A stretch of 63,887 bases of DNA, filler included, from Hausera hauseri (Eukaryota), in the NCBI GenBank assembly GCA_046269625.1. It is 12 parts of 12 records of this genome, joined end to end, with 100 filler letters (N's around TTAATTAATTAA, not from the genome) between each part and the next. Parts side by side here need not be neighbours in the genome. Positions count along the whole stretch, not along the records: positions 1 to 4,169 come from JBJURY010723991.1; positions 4,270 to 8,831 come from JBJURY010526901.1; positions 8,932 to 15,570 come from JBJURY010079436.1; 9 more parts are not named here. The stretch is one strand, 5' to 3'. The position numbers and the translations under genes are program-made. Shown here one piece after another: positions 1-12,162 of this stretch. Below the pieces are notes generated by a model. That model was not told the DNA's origin. It made no database searches and worked only from the letters and a program-made list of their open reading frames with translations. Each line of letters starts with the position of its first letter. Positions within the stretch are counted from its first letter, which is position 1.

Positions 1-952
1 AATATTTAACTGAACAAAACGGTTCCCATTTCACATGTGTTAACAATACGTTAAGTAATCGTTGTCGACTGGTATATTTTTGCTTCTACCATCCAACAAT
101 CATCCATGACACGATATCGAGAAGAACATAAATTCTTCACGAATATTGTCTCACAATGGGTAAGCCTTATTGAAAGGATGATACCGTTGTCAGCCGGTGA
201 CGGGAGTGAGACTTCTAACAGCTTCTTGGTGAATCATGTAAGAAAAATTATAGCATTGTCTAAGACCTATTCATCATTTAAGAATCTCATCTTTTACGCC
301 AAGAAATGTACTAGTGTTGTAAATACTGTTACTCAACCCATCAAACCGAAATCTGTAAATTTATTTGGAACATCTAACCAGACTCAACCAACTACGCAAG
401 TCGGTCTGTTTAGTTTAGTCAACAATATTATGTATACTTGCAGTCTATTTGTTACGACTCAGAATTCAATTGTCAATTCTTTTTCAAGTTCGTCAGCCGT
501 AAGAAATAATTCAATGTTCATCCTATCAAACCAATCCTCAAGTTCTAACATATTCAAGCTGAATCGAAGCAATCCATAATCTGACAAAGATGGTAAGGAC
601 TTCGTTATATCGGTTCATTTGACGCAAAATCCATAAGAACGATTATTGGAGTCGTTTTCATCAAAAGGTAATTATGAAATCTATTTACATGTCAATATTC
701 CATCATTTAAAATGCGGAACGATGTTAATAATTCAAATTAGTGTCATGTCATCTCAGAACTATGATAGTCCTAATCAGGAAAGAGCTATCTTCTCTTCAT
801 CAAGAAATGGCCCGGTTTTAATGATTTCGATAGAAATGTAAGCATCCACATATCACCACCAATACAACCACCCTTACAAAGGAATTATAATTCTGACGGT
901 AATGAAATGTTAGGACATTTTACGTATACTAAATGCGCAATCAAGGAATTGT

Positions 953-3900
953 CTGGCTGGGGACCGTGCGTGCTCGCCGCCGCTGCATCACATCCCCTTT
1001 CCTTTTTATTTTTTCCAACCATAAGCACATTTATACGTTCAGTGCGTGTATATACTGTCGCTTTTGATATACTTCAATCATTTTCGTCGCTGGATTCCAA
1101 TATCAAATCCTATATCACAAATTCTTGTTTCCGCACACTCAAAAAGGACGTCAACTTCAAGCCGCCTTCTACAACTTATCAATACAGTCACCGAACACTA
1201 AAGACCTATCAGACAAAAGGTCAGACCACTGTCAATTCGTAGACGAAAAGCCGTTAAATCAGAGTTCAATGAACTCAAAACGGCTGTCATCATTCGAAGA
1301 TCAAAATCACCATGCGCTTCACCATTGCATGTAGTAACAAAGAAAGATGACACTTACAGACCACGTGGAGACTATCGGCAGTAAAACAACCTAACAGCCT
1401 TGGATTCTTACCCTTTACCTCTCATAAAGGTATCCTGCATAGGCTAACCAATACTAATAGGTAATTTATAACTGATTTGCATAAAGCTTATTATCAAATT
1501 CCGGTTGCACCTAATGATATTCCAAAAACTGCTGTTATTACTCCATTTGGCCTCTATGAATATATCTTTATGCCGTTTGGTTTACGTAGTGCTTCCCAAA
1601 CTTTTAATCAACACATTGATACCGTCCTCTCAGGCTTTGACGTTGCTCATACATATATTGATGACAAATTAGTTGCCTTCACATTTGTTAAACAACATCA
1701 AGAACACCTCCGTATTATCTTTCACAGACTACATCACGGCAATTTGCAAGTTAATTTCTCCAAGTGTCATGTCTTTTGAAAACGTGTTAGTTTCCTAGGT
1801 TACATTATCAATCCTCAAGGCCACTCTCCACAACCGGATCGACTACAGCAATTGAAAAACATAATGCTACCAACGACTACTACGGATATGAGGAGTGTCT
1901 TAGGCACACTCCATTTCATCCACAAATACGTACCGCACTGTTTTGAGCTTACAGCACCTTTCGCACATCCATCATCCGAAAAAAAGAGGCAGTTGATCCA
2001 CTGGATTCCTGATTTAGCAACCAAATGTGATCACTTATGCGAAGGCCTAAAAACCGTTGAAATACTGGCCTATCCAAAACCCAGTGCATATCTCATACTT
2101 ACCACCGATGCCCCTACCACATTTACTGGTTCAATACTACACCAGATTTCTAACGGCGTCGATGAACCATTAGAATTTTACTCCAGGAAACTTACAGAAC
2201 CCGAAAGCCGTTACTCAACAATTGACCGTGAGTTACTTTCCATAGTTCTGGCAGTAAAACATTTCAAACACCTACTTTACTCTCGTCCATTTGTTATTCA
2301 AACTGACCACAAGTCTTTCCTGTATATCATGTCGTTAAAACAACCATCACCGAGGCAAGAACGATATATATCACACCTGTCTACCTTAGTTTTGTTTTAG
2401 AATACATTTTAGGTATAGACAATTTGGTAGCAGATTTTCTATGAGGTCGGTTGGCCCTATTACAGTTCAGCCAAATTTCTCATTCGAAGTCTTAAAGGCC
2501 AATCAACCGTCTGCTGACTTCCTTAGCTCTCAAATCATTTGAACTCATTGGTGGAACTGCTTTTCGTACGTCGAATTCCGGTAATAAAAAGATCATTCTA
2601 ACGAAAGATCATTCATACGAAAGCCAACCTTGCTTCATACGCATTCCATCATCCAGGTTCGAAAGCAACCTTCCGCCTGCTTCAACATCATATAGTTTTG
2701 CCATCAATGCGCAAAGATGTACGGGGCTGGGTTAAGAAATACGTAGCCTGTCAAAAATACAAAATCAGCAAACACCTTAAACCGCCCCATTACCATTTTC
2801 CCTGTACATCACGTTTTCATACGGTTCATCTTGATGTCGTTGGTCTTTTACCTTCTGACAACGGATATCCATATATTCTTACTATGATGGATCGTGCTTC
2901 TCTCTGTCCTAAAGCCGTTCCTCTTTGTTCAACAATTACTGATTCAGTAGCCGACGCCTTTATAAAAATCTGGATCAATTGTTTTGGTTCCCTACGTTAC
3001 ATAATAACGAATCAAGGCCCGCAATTTGAATCGGAATTCTTCAAATCATTTGCTAAACGCTTGTGGATATCCCATTTTCACACAACACCGTATCATCCTC
3101 AAGCAAATGGCCTCCTTGAAAGGTTCCATCGAACAATGAAAATTTCCTTAAAAATCTTGGCTGACAATCATCGTAATTGGACGTTCATTCTACCATTTGT
3201 TCTACTATCGTGGCTAAACACACCCTCAAACACTGCCGGTTATGCTCCAGCCCAGGCACTCTTTGGGACTCCAATTTGAGCTTTATTTGAACTCTCTGAT
3301 CTCGACGACAACCACACAGGAGAAAACATTCGTGCAGCACAATCTCACTTCATCGAGGTCCGCTCAGACTCCTTCTGCCTCCTCTTCAACAATAACAAAT
3401 TGTACATTCCGAAGGACTTGTACACCGTCAAGTTCGGCTGAAGGATCAATTGCCTTCGGATTTTAGACCTCAATATGTTGGCCCATACAAACTGCTGAAT
3501 TTCTCATCTCATACAGATACCACCTTACGCCAAGATAAACCTTACAACGTCCACATTATTAATCGGAAGCCTGCTTCTTCATTGATGACAATCTGGGTGC
3601 CAATTCTACCTGCAATTCAAACTCAACTCCTACTTCTTCCGATTTTCTAAATGACTTTGCGCCGTTGCAGCAATCACCTTTCTGCCTCTCCCTTTCATCA
3701 TCGCCATCACGTTCTTCACCTCCATTACTTCATCGACTGTTTCATCGCCTTCAATTGCATAGCCTCTTTTGCTTGATTTATTCTCCTCAACACCCTCATC
3801 AGTTTCATCACAAGCAATACCACACATTGAACCAGATAATCTCACAAAACTTCCATCACAAAATGTCACTCAACAGCCAAGGACAAATCAATCAAGTAAG

Positions 3901-4169
3901 GCACGCAGATTGACATTTAGCACCTACAGTAAAGAAAAGTTCTTTGATGGTACACAACGCCTGACATACCAAAACTGATTAGGCACTAAAAACTATTCTG
4001 TTACGATTAATTGTTTTATCTTTATTGTTTCTTTCATTCCTCCTTTTGCCTTTATATAGTTCTCTTCTGTCACGTGGGGTGATGTGGTACTGCGTTTGCG
4101 GGAATAACTTGTTTCTCCACCAGAGTGACAAAAATGAAGTCGGTCGGAAAAACTCGAACTAGAATGGAC
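953..4169 (+). mobile_element. Degenerate Ty3/Gypsy LTR retrotransposon (CsRN1-like), gag-protease deleted
   Basis: Domain order RT-RNaseH-integrase. Closely similar to the element at 41821-45910. Possible PPT/3'LTR start (GGGGTGA|TGTGG) near 4076-4087. Confidence 0.9.
1120..3600 (+). pseudogene. pol: Gypsy pol: RT, RNase H, integrase, with frameshifts and stops
   Basis: RT: AYYQIPVAPNDIPKTAVITPFGLYEY, MPFGL, YIDD. RNase H: LTTDA, FYSRKL, YSTIDRELL, TDHK. Integrase: HLDVVG, NQGPQF, TTPYHPQANGLLERFHRT, GPY. Confidence 0.93.
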
Positions 4170-4269
4170 NNNNNNNNNNNNNNNNNNNNNNNNNNNNNNN
4201 NNNNNNNNNNNNNTTAATTAATTAANNNNNNNNNNNNNNNNNNNNNNNNNNNNNNNNNNNNNNNNNNNN
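4170..4269. other. Artificial contig-joining spacer (44 N + TTAATTAATTAA + 44 N), first of 11
   Basis: Identical 100-bp spacer with stops in all six frames at 4170-4269, 8832-8931, 15571-15670, 20720-20819, 26254-26353, 31968-32067, 41721-41820, 46133-46232, 50663-50762, 55228-55327 and 59535-59634. Confidence 0.98.
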
Positions 4270-5304
4270 TAATTAAAATAGTGTCATTCAATATTAATTT
4301 TGAAAACGATGCTAACGAAAAATATCCACAATGTATAATCATGTATATTTTACAGAATATTTATTAAATAAGCTACAAAAAAAGGGATTTGATATTTAAT
4401 GTCAAACTTGAGCTTTCTAAACACATACATTCAAACAGGGGTGGAATTGAAAACTACGCTGGTGTGTCGCGCCAGTTCAGTACCGCCGAAGTGAACCTTG
4501 AACGAGAAACGTTAAGAACATCTACACTAAAGTGTCTAGAATGTTATGTATTTATAAATATCTAGAAAGAGCTGTTGGTGTCATGAAAAGGACTAGCTAA
4601 GGTGAATAGAGATTCTGTCCTTCAGTCCCGGGGGCCTGTCCTAAAGGGTCCCCCTGGCAGTGGCGTAAAAGGGTTTCTTAAAGATAGTCCCACAGTTAGC
4701 AGAGACAGTGGCGATCGTCTGATCGAATTCCGTTTCCTGATTTCATCACTGGGGGTAGCATGATGTATTGACCATGAATTATTGCTGGTCCTGGTTAAGA
4801 TAGCGAGGCGATCCCAATTACATGAATGTTTGCCCTTGTGCCCAGGTAACTTTTGCAGATTAGTTGCAAGTGAATTGCAATTTTATCTCTAACCTCTAAA
4901 AAATTATACTTACAACCTGTAAAGTATACCTTCTAGCCGCGATGCCAGAGTGACTTGTGCGCTGGCTTTCGATCGTGTGATCGCGTGTTAAATTTTTCAG
5001 ACCAAAACGGCTCCAGGTGGCCACCCAGCCTCAGTAAAGGTGGCGTGAAATTATGCTGACCAGATACCCAATTATGTGCCGTTAGTCAAAGAAAAATATG
5101 GACAGAAACTCCACACTCCCTTATAATGGGTAACTTCTCCATTGTTCTCCTCGACCACAGCAAATATTTCCTGCTTTTAATATTTTCTGTTAAGGTTCGG
5201 TATCATAAGGGCGCTGGGTTTGATTTAGGTCGTCTTTTTTATGCCTATACATGCTTTGTTCTTTGAATGTTAATTTTTTCATTTATTTGAAATTGGCAAC
5301 ATAG

Positions 5305-6378
5305 GCAAAAAAAGCTCTTCAAAACCGACTTCAGAACCTGGAGTCCTTAAGAACCGAGTTTTCAGTGACTGACAGTCAACTGGGTGACTGGGTCAGTGAT
5401 ATACAGGAGTGGGCAGAAGGTGATGAGCAAATACAGTTGTAAAATTTGATGAAATTGCAAATATACTTCTGGGTTAACTGCATTCCTCTTTTTTAACCTT
5501 AGCAGCCACAAGTAGCACAACTGCTGCTGAGTCCTTGGAGGGCAGAATTGAGGTTCTGGCAGCAAGCATCAAGAGGCGATCCCAGCGTCTTTATAAAGAC
5601 ACAGATGGAAACAAAGCTCGTGCCAAGATTCACCGCAAGATCAGAGAGGAAAAAAAGCACATTAACATTGGCTTTGGAAGATTACAACAGGACTGTTCCA
5701 GACACACACAGTCTGTGCTTGGAAGAGATTCTGTCTGGTAACACAGCTTGGCCATGGCAGCAACCACACAGTGGTACATACACATACACCAATAAGTTTT
5801 CTACTGACATCATATTTGACATATAATGTGACGATACTACAGGTGTTGACCTAAACTCACTTATAGATTACAAGTTTCTTGATTGATTTGTCTTGGTTAT
5901 AAATGCATTTCAGACTCTATCAGTCTTGCAACAAAGAGAAGGGCATTTGATGGCATCATGGCAGTAAGGAGACTGGAAGAGGAGAAGAGGATCCTTGTAA
6001 GAGAGATGGAACGTCATTGGAGATCTCTTTCATCCTATGAGGATACTCTCAAAGAGCTCTCCTGCCTGTTTTCGAGAGGAAAATTTAAACGTTTTTAAGT
6101 AATGTATAATACCAAGTAATAATGAAAGCATCTACATCTTATATTTATTTTTACTTTTTATGTTCAACTTTAAAGGTTCGTCGTGTGCCCTAACTGACGA
6201 GGGTTTAAAAGGTCTGCAGAGCATCATCCTCGGAAAGCTGCAACATTTTAAACAGCTCAAGCAGCAGGCAAGAGAGCATTATCTTCAGGCTTTGTCAGGA
6301 GCAGAGAATGTCAACTTTGATGATGCTTCTGATGATGAATTCTACAGTGACTCTGAATCCTCTGAAGATAGTTCGTAA
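5305..6378 (+). pseudogene. 3' exons of an intron-containing teleost-type KDZ (Kyakuja-Dileera-Zisupton)/CxC-associated transposon gene
   Basis: Four exons separated by introns at about 5420-5505, 5774-5913 and 6078-6175 (third donor degenerate). They encode WVSDIQEWAE/IKRRSQRLYKDTD..AWPWQ/TKRRAFD..RRLEEEKRILVREMERHW/EGLKGLQSII plus an acidic tail, with one frameshift near 5655. The family call is from recalled similarity only. Confidence 0.55.
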
Positions 6379-6589
6379 TCATGTGAATGTACTGCAGAGA
6401 AAGATCTATGTTGATGTGAGAAAGTGATTGACTACTATTTGCAAATCTTTAAATTGGCTTGATGTTATGAAATACATAAGTATGGGAGAAAAGGGAAAAA
6501 ATAAGAACATACAACACAAGCACACCTAAAATGCAGTTTTTAAATGAAGGTGTTCATTATTAATAACAAAACAGTCCAAAGCTCCATGG

Positions 6590-6680
6590 CCCAGTTTGTA
6601 AAAGTGATTGTTCCCCAAACAGAATAACTGGTTGGGCCACCCTTAGCTGCAACAACTGCAGTCCAGCGTTAGTGATAACT
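6590..6680. mobile_element. Tc1-like transposon terminal-region fragment (fish type)
   Basis: AAAAGTGATTG..AATAACTGGTTGGGCCACCCTTAGCTGCAACAACTGCA resembles teleost Tc1 subterminal sequence. Confidence 0.5.
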
Positions 6681-7816
6681 TAAGGCTCCCACACACTTCA
6701 TCTGAATGCAAACAGTTGACTTTCAGTCATGTGGTTGTGGAGTGTTTGTATTCTCAACCACCTTTCATAGAACGGCACAGTACAACCCGGAGGTGTCAGA
6801 TCTTAAATTTTAACATGGCAGGAGTAATTAATCTTATGTTGGTAATATTTTTTTCTTGTGGTACTTTACTGTCAAGTATAAGTTTGAGCTGCAAGCAAAT
6901 TAACATAACATTTCATCACTGTGCAAGTGCAAACACCTGTCTAATCCTGTTTGAAAACGAGTACTGTCGTACATTAGACAGGTGTTCATGTATGCTATGT
7001 CTTTTAAACATTAAAGAGCAATGTTTTTTTTTTTTACTTTGTCACGATTCTTTGGCCTCTTAATTGATTTGACATTTTTTTCTCAGATTTCAGAAAGAGG
7101 GACTACATTTTTTGGGGTGCGTTTATGTTTCCAACTTGGCAATGTTTCATCTTGACAGTTGGTTCGTATTTGAAATAGTTTGTAGGTTTGTGCTCTTTGT
7201 TCTTTGTAAAAGAGTTTCTTGGGGCTCATTACTTTTGCAGGCATGTCATAGATGTTATTTTTCTTTCCTGCATATGTTTGTATGTTTGTGCACATTAGAG
7301 TATTTTCCTGGTAATTTTAAAATCACTTTTGCTGAATTTACATTTTCATCATACTATTATCACAAATTACTTCTAGTGGGGTAATAACACTTGTGGTTAT
7401 GTTAAGCAGTTAAAAAAATGGCAACAACACTACATTGATTGTGGATTAACTAACATAACCAACATGTGCTTTTTTATGTTGTATTTTTATTTGATTTTTC
7501 ATAGAAATGTGTTGATCTGTGTATTTGTTATTAATCCAGACTATATCTAAAGTGTGTTTTTTTTTCTATTTTGTCACTTGAAATCAGATCAATTTGTCTG
7601 CAAAAATAAATCTGAACAATAAAATCATTGAATACATGTCAATGTGCTCTTTTCAAGTCATGGTTCTGATTTTGTTTAATGACATGCATTGCTACAAAAC
7701 AATTTGTACATGTATACAAACATGAATTTATAAACAAAGGCACCTACAGTTTTCTGGACACTTTGCAAAGCAGGATATAATCTGTATACATTAGGTGAGA
7801 CAAAGTCAGTACTAAT

Positions 7817-7905
7817 CAGTGGTGTAGTCTATGTGATACACGGGTATACAGAGTATACCCACTAGAAAAGCTTGGTAATTTCAGTATACCTACTTAAAAG
7901 TGCCC
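7817..7905. mobile_element. Non-autonomous DNA transposon end (CAGTGGTGTAGTC..., GTATAC repeats)
   Basis: hAT-like CAGTGG terminus followed by repeated GTATAC motifs. Confidence 0.35.
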
Positions 7906-8174
7906 AATTGGCAATGATACATGACATGGTCATTGCCAACACACACAATTGGAACATTTTATAGACATTGATTTGATTCATCCTGTTTTTTGTATATTTA
8001 ATACTTCTGTATTTAATACTTGATCATGTTTTGGTTTGATATTGTTTTATAACTTGTATAACTAAATGGTAAGTTTCGAGAAATGAGTTGTTCAGCTTTG
8101 ATGTACTTGAGACCATTATAAAATTATGTAGCATACATAGAAAAAACAAGATAAATTTCTGAAAAATAATTTTA

Positions 8175-8831
8175 GTTTTAAATAATCCCACTGGCACATA
8201 TTCCATGGAGGAAGCGGATTCCGTGGAGTTTGGGGTTGGCCTGCCCATTACCGTGGCTGAGGTCACTGAGGTAAAAAATCTCCACAGCAGCAGGGCTCTG
8301 TAAGTGGATGATGCCCAGCTTTCCTAAAGGCTCTAGTGTGGGGGCTGTCTTGGTTGACATGCCTTTGCAACATCGGGTGCAGTGCCACTGGGGTGGTGGA
8401 TCTCCTCATTAGCCTCCCTGGTAAGGCCTATTGGAGAAGTGAGTCTGATTGTTGGTCAAACCTCAACTCCAGAATGAACAATGTAGGTTCCGTCCAGGAC
8501 GTGGAATCTGCTCCATGAGTATGGAATTGGGTGCTTGTCATTGGTGGCCGTTAGTCCCTATGCAAGTGGTGCATTACTTTGATTTGCATTGTCGTTAGTA
8601 AGTCGGATCCCTGGGAGTTGGACTCCGCCAGGGCAGCCAGTTGAGGTGGTTCAGGCATCTGGTAAGGATGCTCCCTGGATGCCTCCCTCGGGAGGTGCTT
8701 ATAGGGCATGTCCAACTGGGAGGACACGCCGGGGAAGACCCAGGGCATGCTAGAGAGACTGTCTCTCGGTTGGACTGGAAACACCTTGGGGTCCCCCCAG
8801 AAGAGCTGGAAGAGGTGACTGTGGAATATGT
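8175..8831 (+). mobile_element. Deleted RTE-clade LINE (Rex3/Expander-like) fragment
   Basis: Residual peptides GLSWLTCLCNI and SQLRWFRHLVRMLPGCLPREVL...RLDWKHLGVPPEELEEV match the RT/C-terminal region of fish RTE elements. Confidence 0.8.
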
Positions 8832-9014
8832 NNNNNNNNNNNNNNNNNNNNNNNNNNNNNNNNNNNNNNNNNNNNTTAATTAATTAANNNNNNNNNNNNN
8901 NNNNNNNNNNNNNNNNNNNNNNNNNNNNNNNCATTTTCAAAATATCATCAAATCGTTGACTAAAATCTAAATGCAGAGCATCCAAGTGCTCACAATAGGA
9001 TAGAATGTTTTGTA

Positions 9015-9083
9015 TTCACCACCGCCCCCTGGATCCTTGCAGCGCCCACCAGGGGGCGGTAGCGCCCACTTTGGGAATCCCTG
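9015..9083 (-). mobile_element. hAT (Charlie-like) transposon terminus
   Basis: Minus strand begins CAGGGATTCCCAAAGTGGGCGCTACCGCCCCCTGG, with an internal inverted repeat ACCGCCCCCTGG..CCAGGGGGCGGT. Confidence 0.6.
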
Positions 9084-9233
9084 ATTTAGAATTACAAATA
9101 AATAAAACATGAAAACAATGAAAAAATTTTGTTATCAACAACAATCATGTGATGCATTGTAACTTGAATAAAAAGAAACCACTAGAACCAATTCGTTATT
9201 ATATTCAAATTTTATCAAATTAACCTTTCATTA

Positions 9234-11386
9234 ATGAATAGACAGTCAAAGATGGAATTTTTGAAGACGCGCTTCCAGATGTAGAAAGTGATGTTGAAGG
9301 TGGAAATGACATGTGATAATAGTGACAGTGGTGTTTTTTTTTCTATTGTCCGTAGAATGCAAAAACATACTTGTCATTTACCGAGCGATTCAGATTCCAG
9401 TGATAGTGCTAGAGATATTCCAATAACTAATGATACAAGTTTATGGTCTAAACATGACAAAATTCCTATCGTGGAGAATTTTATAGGAAACTCAGGAGTA
9501 AAGCAATTTTCTGCAAATCATTCAAGAATGAATGAAGTTTTGTTTTTTGTAAAGGATTTTTTTGAAATGCTTTCTCGTGAAACCAACTTATATCGACATC
9601 AAAATGAAAGTATGTGAAAAGAACACGTTAGAACTGCAAAATGGGTAGATGTAGGAAAAAAGGAAATCAAAGAAATTTGGCTATTGTTGTCCTTATGGTA
9701 CATGTAAGAAAAAAATCATATTAAAGATTACTGGTCTACTGATCCATTCTTAGAAACGTCGGTGTTTTAAAAACTTACGTGGTGCGTCCATTAAGTACCT
9801 GACCTGACTTAGAAGAAATGACGTTAGAGATCTGAATATTTTTGTGGAATTATATACATATATCTATGTTTTTATTGTTGTCTTTGTTTGACTCTTGCAT
9901 TTCTAGATTACAATATTATGCATGATTTGGAATTTTTGTTAAAGTGATGATTTCGGATGTCGAGTATCGCAGCGTTATCAAGTTATTCGTTCTGTAAATG
10001 AAAACGTGCAATGACATCTTTGCCCTTTTGCAGCCTACATAACTGCATGATGCCCCATCACTGACCACTGTAAAATATTGTATGAGAGAATTCAATGGAA
10101 GGCGCACCCCAGATTTTCATGAAGAGAGTGAAGGTCAACCAAAAGAAATTTCGAATTCTGTTGATGAAAAATTAAAGAAAACCATTCAAGAAGAGCGTTA
10201 AATTGCCACGAGATTGCTTCCATCCCATCTGAATATCTCTAAAGGTGCTGTCAATGTGAGATTCAAGGCGTTTGGCATCGGAAAACTGCTCCAAATTTGT
10301 CCCGCGCTTCGTGACTGGTGAAATGATGCAGAAGCGACTGCAGAGCTGCATGGTGAGACTTTCCTGGCCAATTTAATAACAGGACGAAACCTCACTCTGC
10401 ATTTATTTGCCTGAAACGAAACGTGAATCAGCATAGTGGAAGTTTCCGAGTGAAAAGCCAACCTTGAAGATGCGAAAAGGAACAAATCATGGACGGGACA
10501 ACAAAGGCATCATTATCAATAGCTTTGAGGATAAAGGCATCACAATTAACTCTATCTATTACAGCCAGCTCGTTGCAACTGTCAGAAAGAAAAGAAGGAA
10601 GCAGAAGAACACTCCGCTCTGATTTCTCCATGACAATGCGCCAGTGCACACAGCGGGCATTTCTCAGGAACTGACGCTTGTGGATCATCCACCATACAGT
10701 TCAGATTGGGCACCGAGTGATTTTTCCTTTTCAGACATCTCAAGAAGCATTTGCGATGAACATCATTCACCTCTGAAGAATAATTGAAGACCTCTGTGGA
10801 GAATTTCTTCGCCAAGTGCTACCTGAATTCTTCAGAAATGCTTTTTCTGAGTTGATTACTCGTTGGCAAAGTGTGTGGTGCGAAATGAACTTTATGTAGA
10901 AAAATAATGCCTATATATGTTGTTCAGCTTGTATCGAAAAGGAGCTCTTTCGGATATTGATTTCTGTTTCATGTTGGGTACTTAACGGGCGCACCACTTA
11001 TGAGCCGGAACAGATTTGAGCAAATATTACAATCGCTTAATTTCAATAATAATGCATTGCAAAATAATTTCGAAGATAATTACGAAAATTGTCAGCAAAG
11101 AAAAGCAAAAATACTGCAAACAATAAGAGCAGCGATACTCGATATATTTGCAAATTTTGTTTATTACCTCTCCATCATGGAACTTGTTTTCAAATATATC
11201 ATACCAGAAAAAATACTGGAAGTAGCATTATATATGCCCAGAAAATTTTATTAAAACATTAAATGTACTTTAATAAATGTTACAGTCTGTTATGAATATA
11301 TAATCACTTTTTTGTTGAATAATTACAAAAATATGCGAGAATTCAGGCTATATCCTTTTCCCTGCATACCGTCTTCAATGTGTTAA
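9234..11386 (+). mobile_element. Internally deleted piggyBac transposon, interrupted by a mariner
   Basis: ETNLY, KWVDV..EIK, DYWSTDPFLET..KL|MSRNRFEQIL motifs. C-terminal Cys-rich TRYICKFCLLPLHHGTCFQIYHT. Element end followed by TTAA at 11383-11386. The catalytic DDD core is missing. Confidence 0.85.
9778..10998 (+). mobile_element. Decayed mariner element, about 1.22 kb, with TIRs and TA duplication
   Basis: TIRs CGTGGTGCGTCCATTAAGTACC and GGTACTTAACGGGCGCACCACT, with TA at 9776-9777 and 10999-11000. Transposase remnants include FLHDNAPVH and HPPYSSDWAPSDFFLF. Confidence 0.92.
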
Positions 11387-12162
11387 AGGTAGAGGACTGT
11401 TCAATCTTCTTCTTTTAATTAGGTGTTGATTAAATACTTCCGTATTTTTCTTTACACAGTATTGAACAATTTAATCGTTGCTGCTCGGGGAAGAGTGGGT
11501 ATGATTCTGATCTTACATAGGTGTGAGTAGGTAATGTGTTGCAAGAGAAGTAAAAACTGTTTAATTATTTCTTTACTTACTTACTGGTTAGTATCCTACT
11601 TTTTACTTGGGATTTACTGAGGACTCCGTCAGGTCGCTTTTACCTGGTCGGAAACTTTCCAATGTTATTTAACTTTATTTACTTAAACTTGTTAGACAGA
11701 TAATAGACAAAAATGTAAACGAAATTATAACTCTAGTTTACGTACGAAATTACGATAATATTAGCAAACAAAAACACAATAAAATAAATGATCTTACGTG
11801 AAGTCATCATCAATGGTAAAAACTACTGTGTTCATGCACAAAGATCATACTTTATATAGTGTTCTGATTGTAATTACATTAAATAAATAAAGTAACATCC
11901 TGCGGAAAATTCCATTAAATCAGGTTCAGAAAATCATGTCACATATAAAAATTCACATGGTCATTATCAACTAATACAAATTATACATAGCAATCATGTA
12001 ATAATCAGTAATGGCACATAATGTACATAATGAAGTCCATAAATAATCATGCGTCTCTCAGATGATACATTAATTTTATCAAAGGTCAAGAACTGACCAC
12101 TACATGTCACTAAATGTTGCACAATATTCGACGGGGGTTCTGAGAAAATTGTCCCAAATTGA

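Noticed and set aside
106-579. 157-aa plus-strand ORF
   Set aside because: Ser/Asn-rich with no motif. It is likely the shadow of a decayed minus-strand frame (LELEDWFDRMNIELFLTADELEKEL) that I cannot assign.
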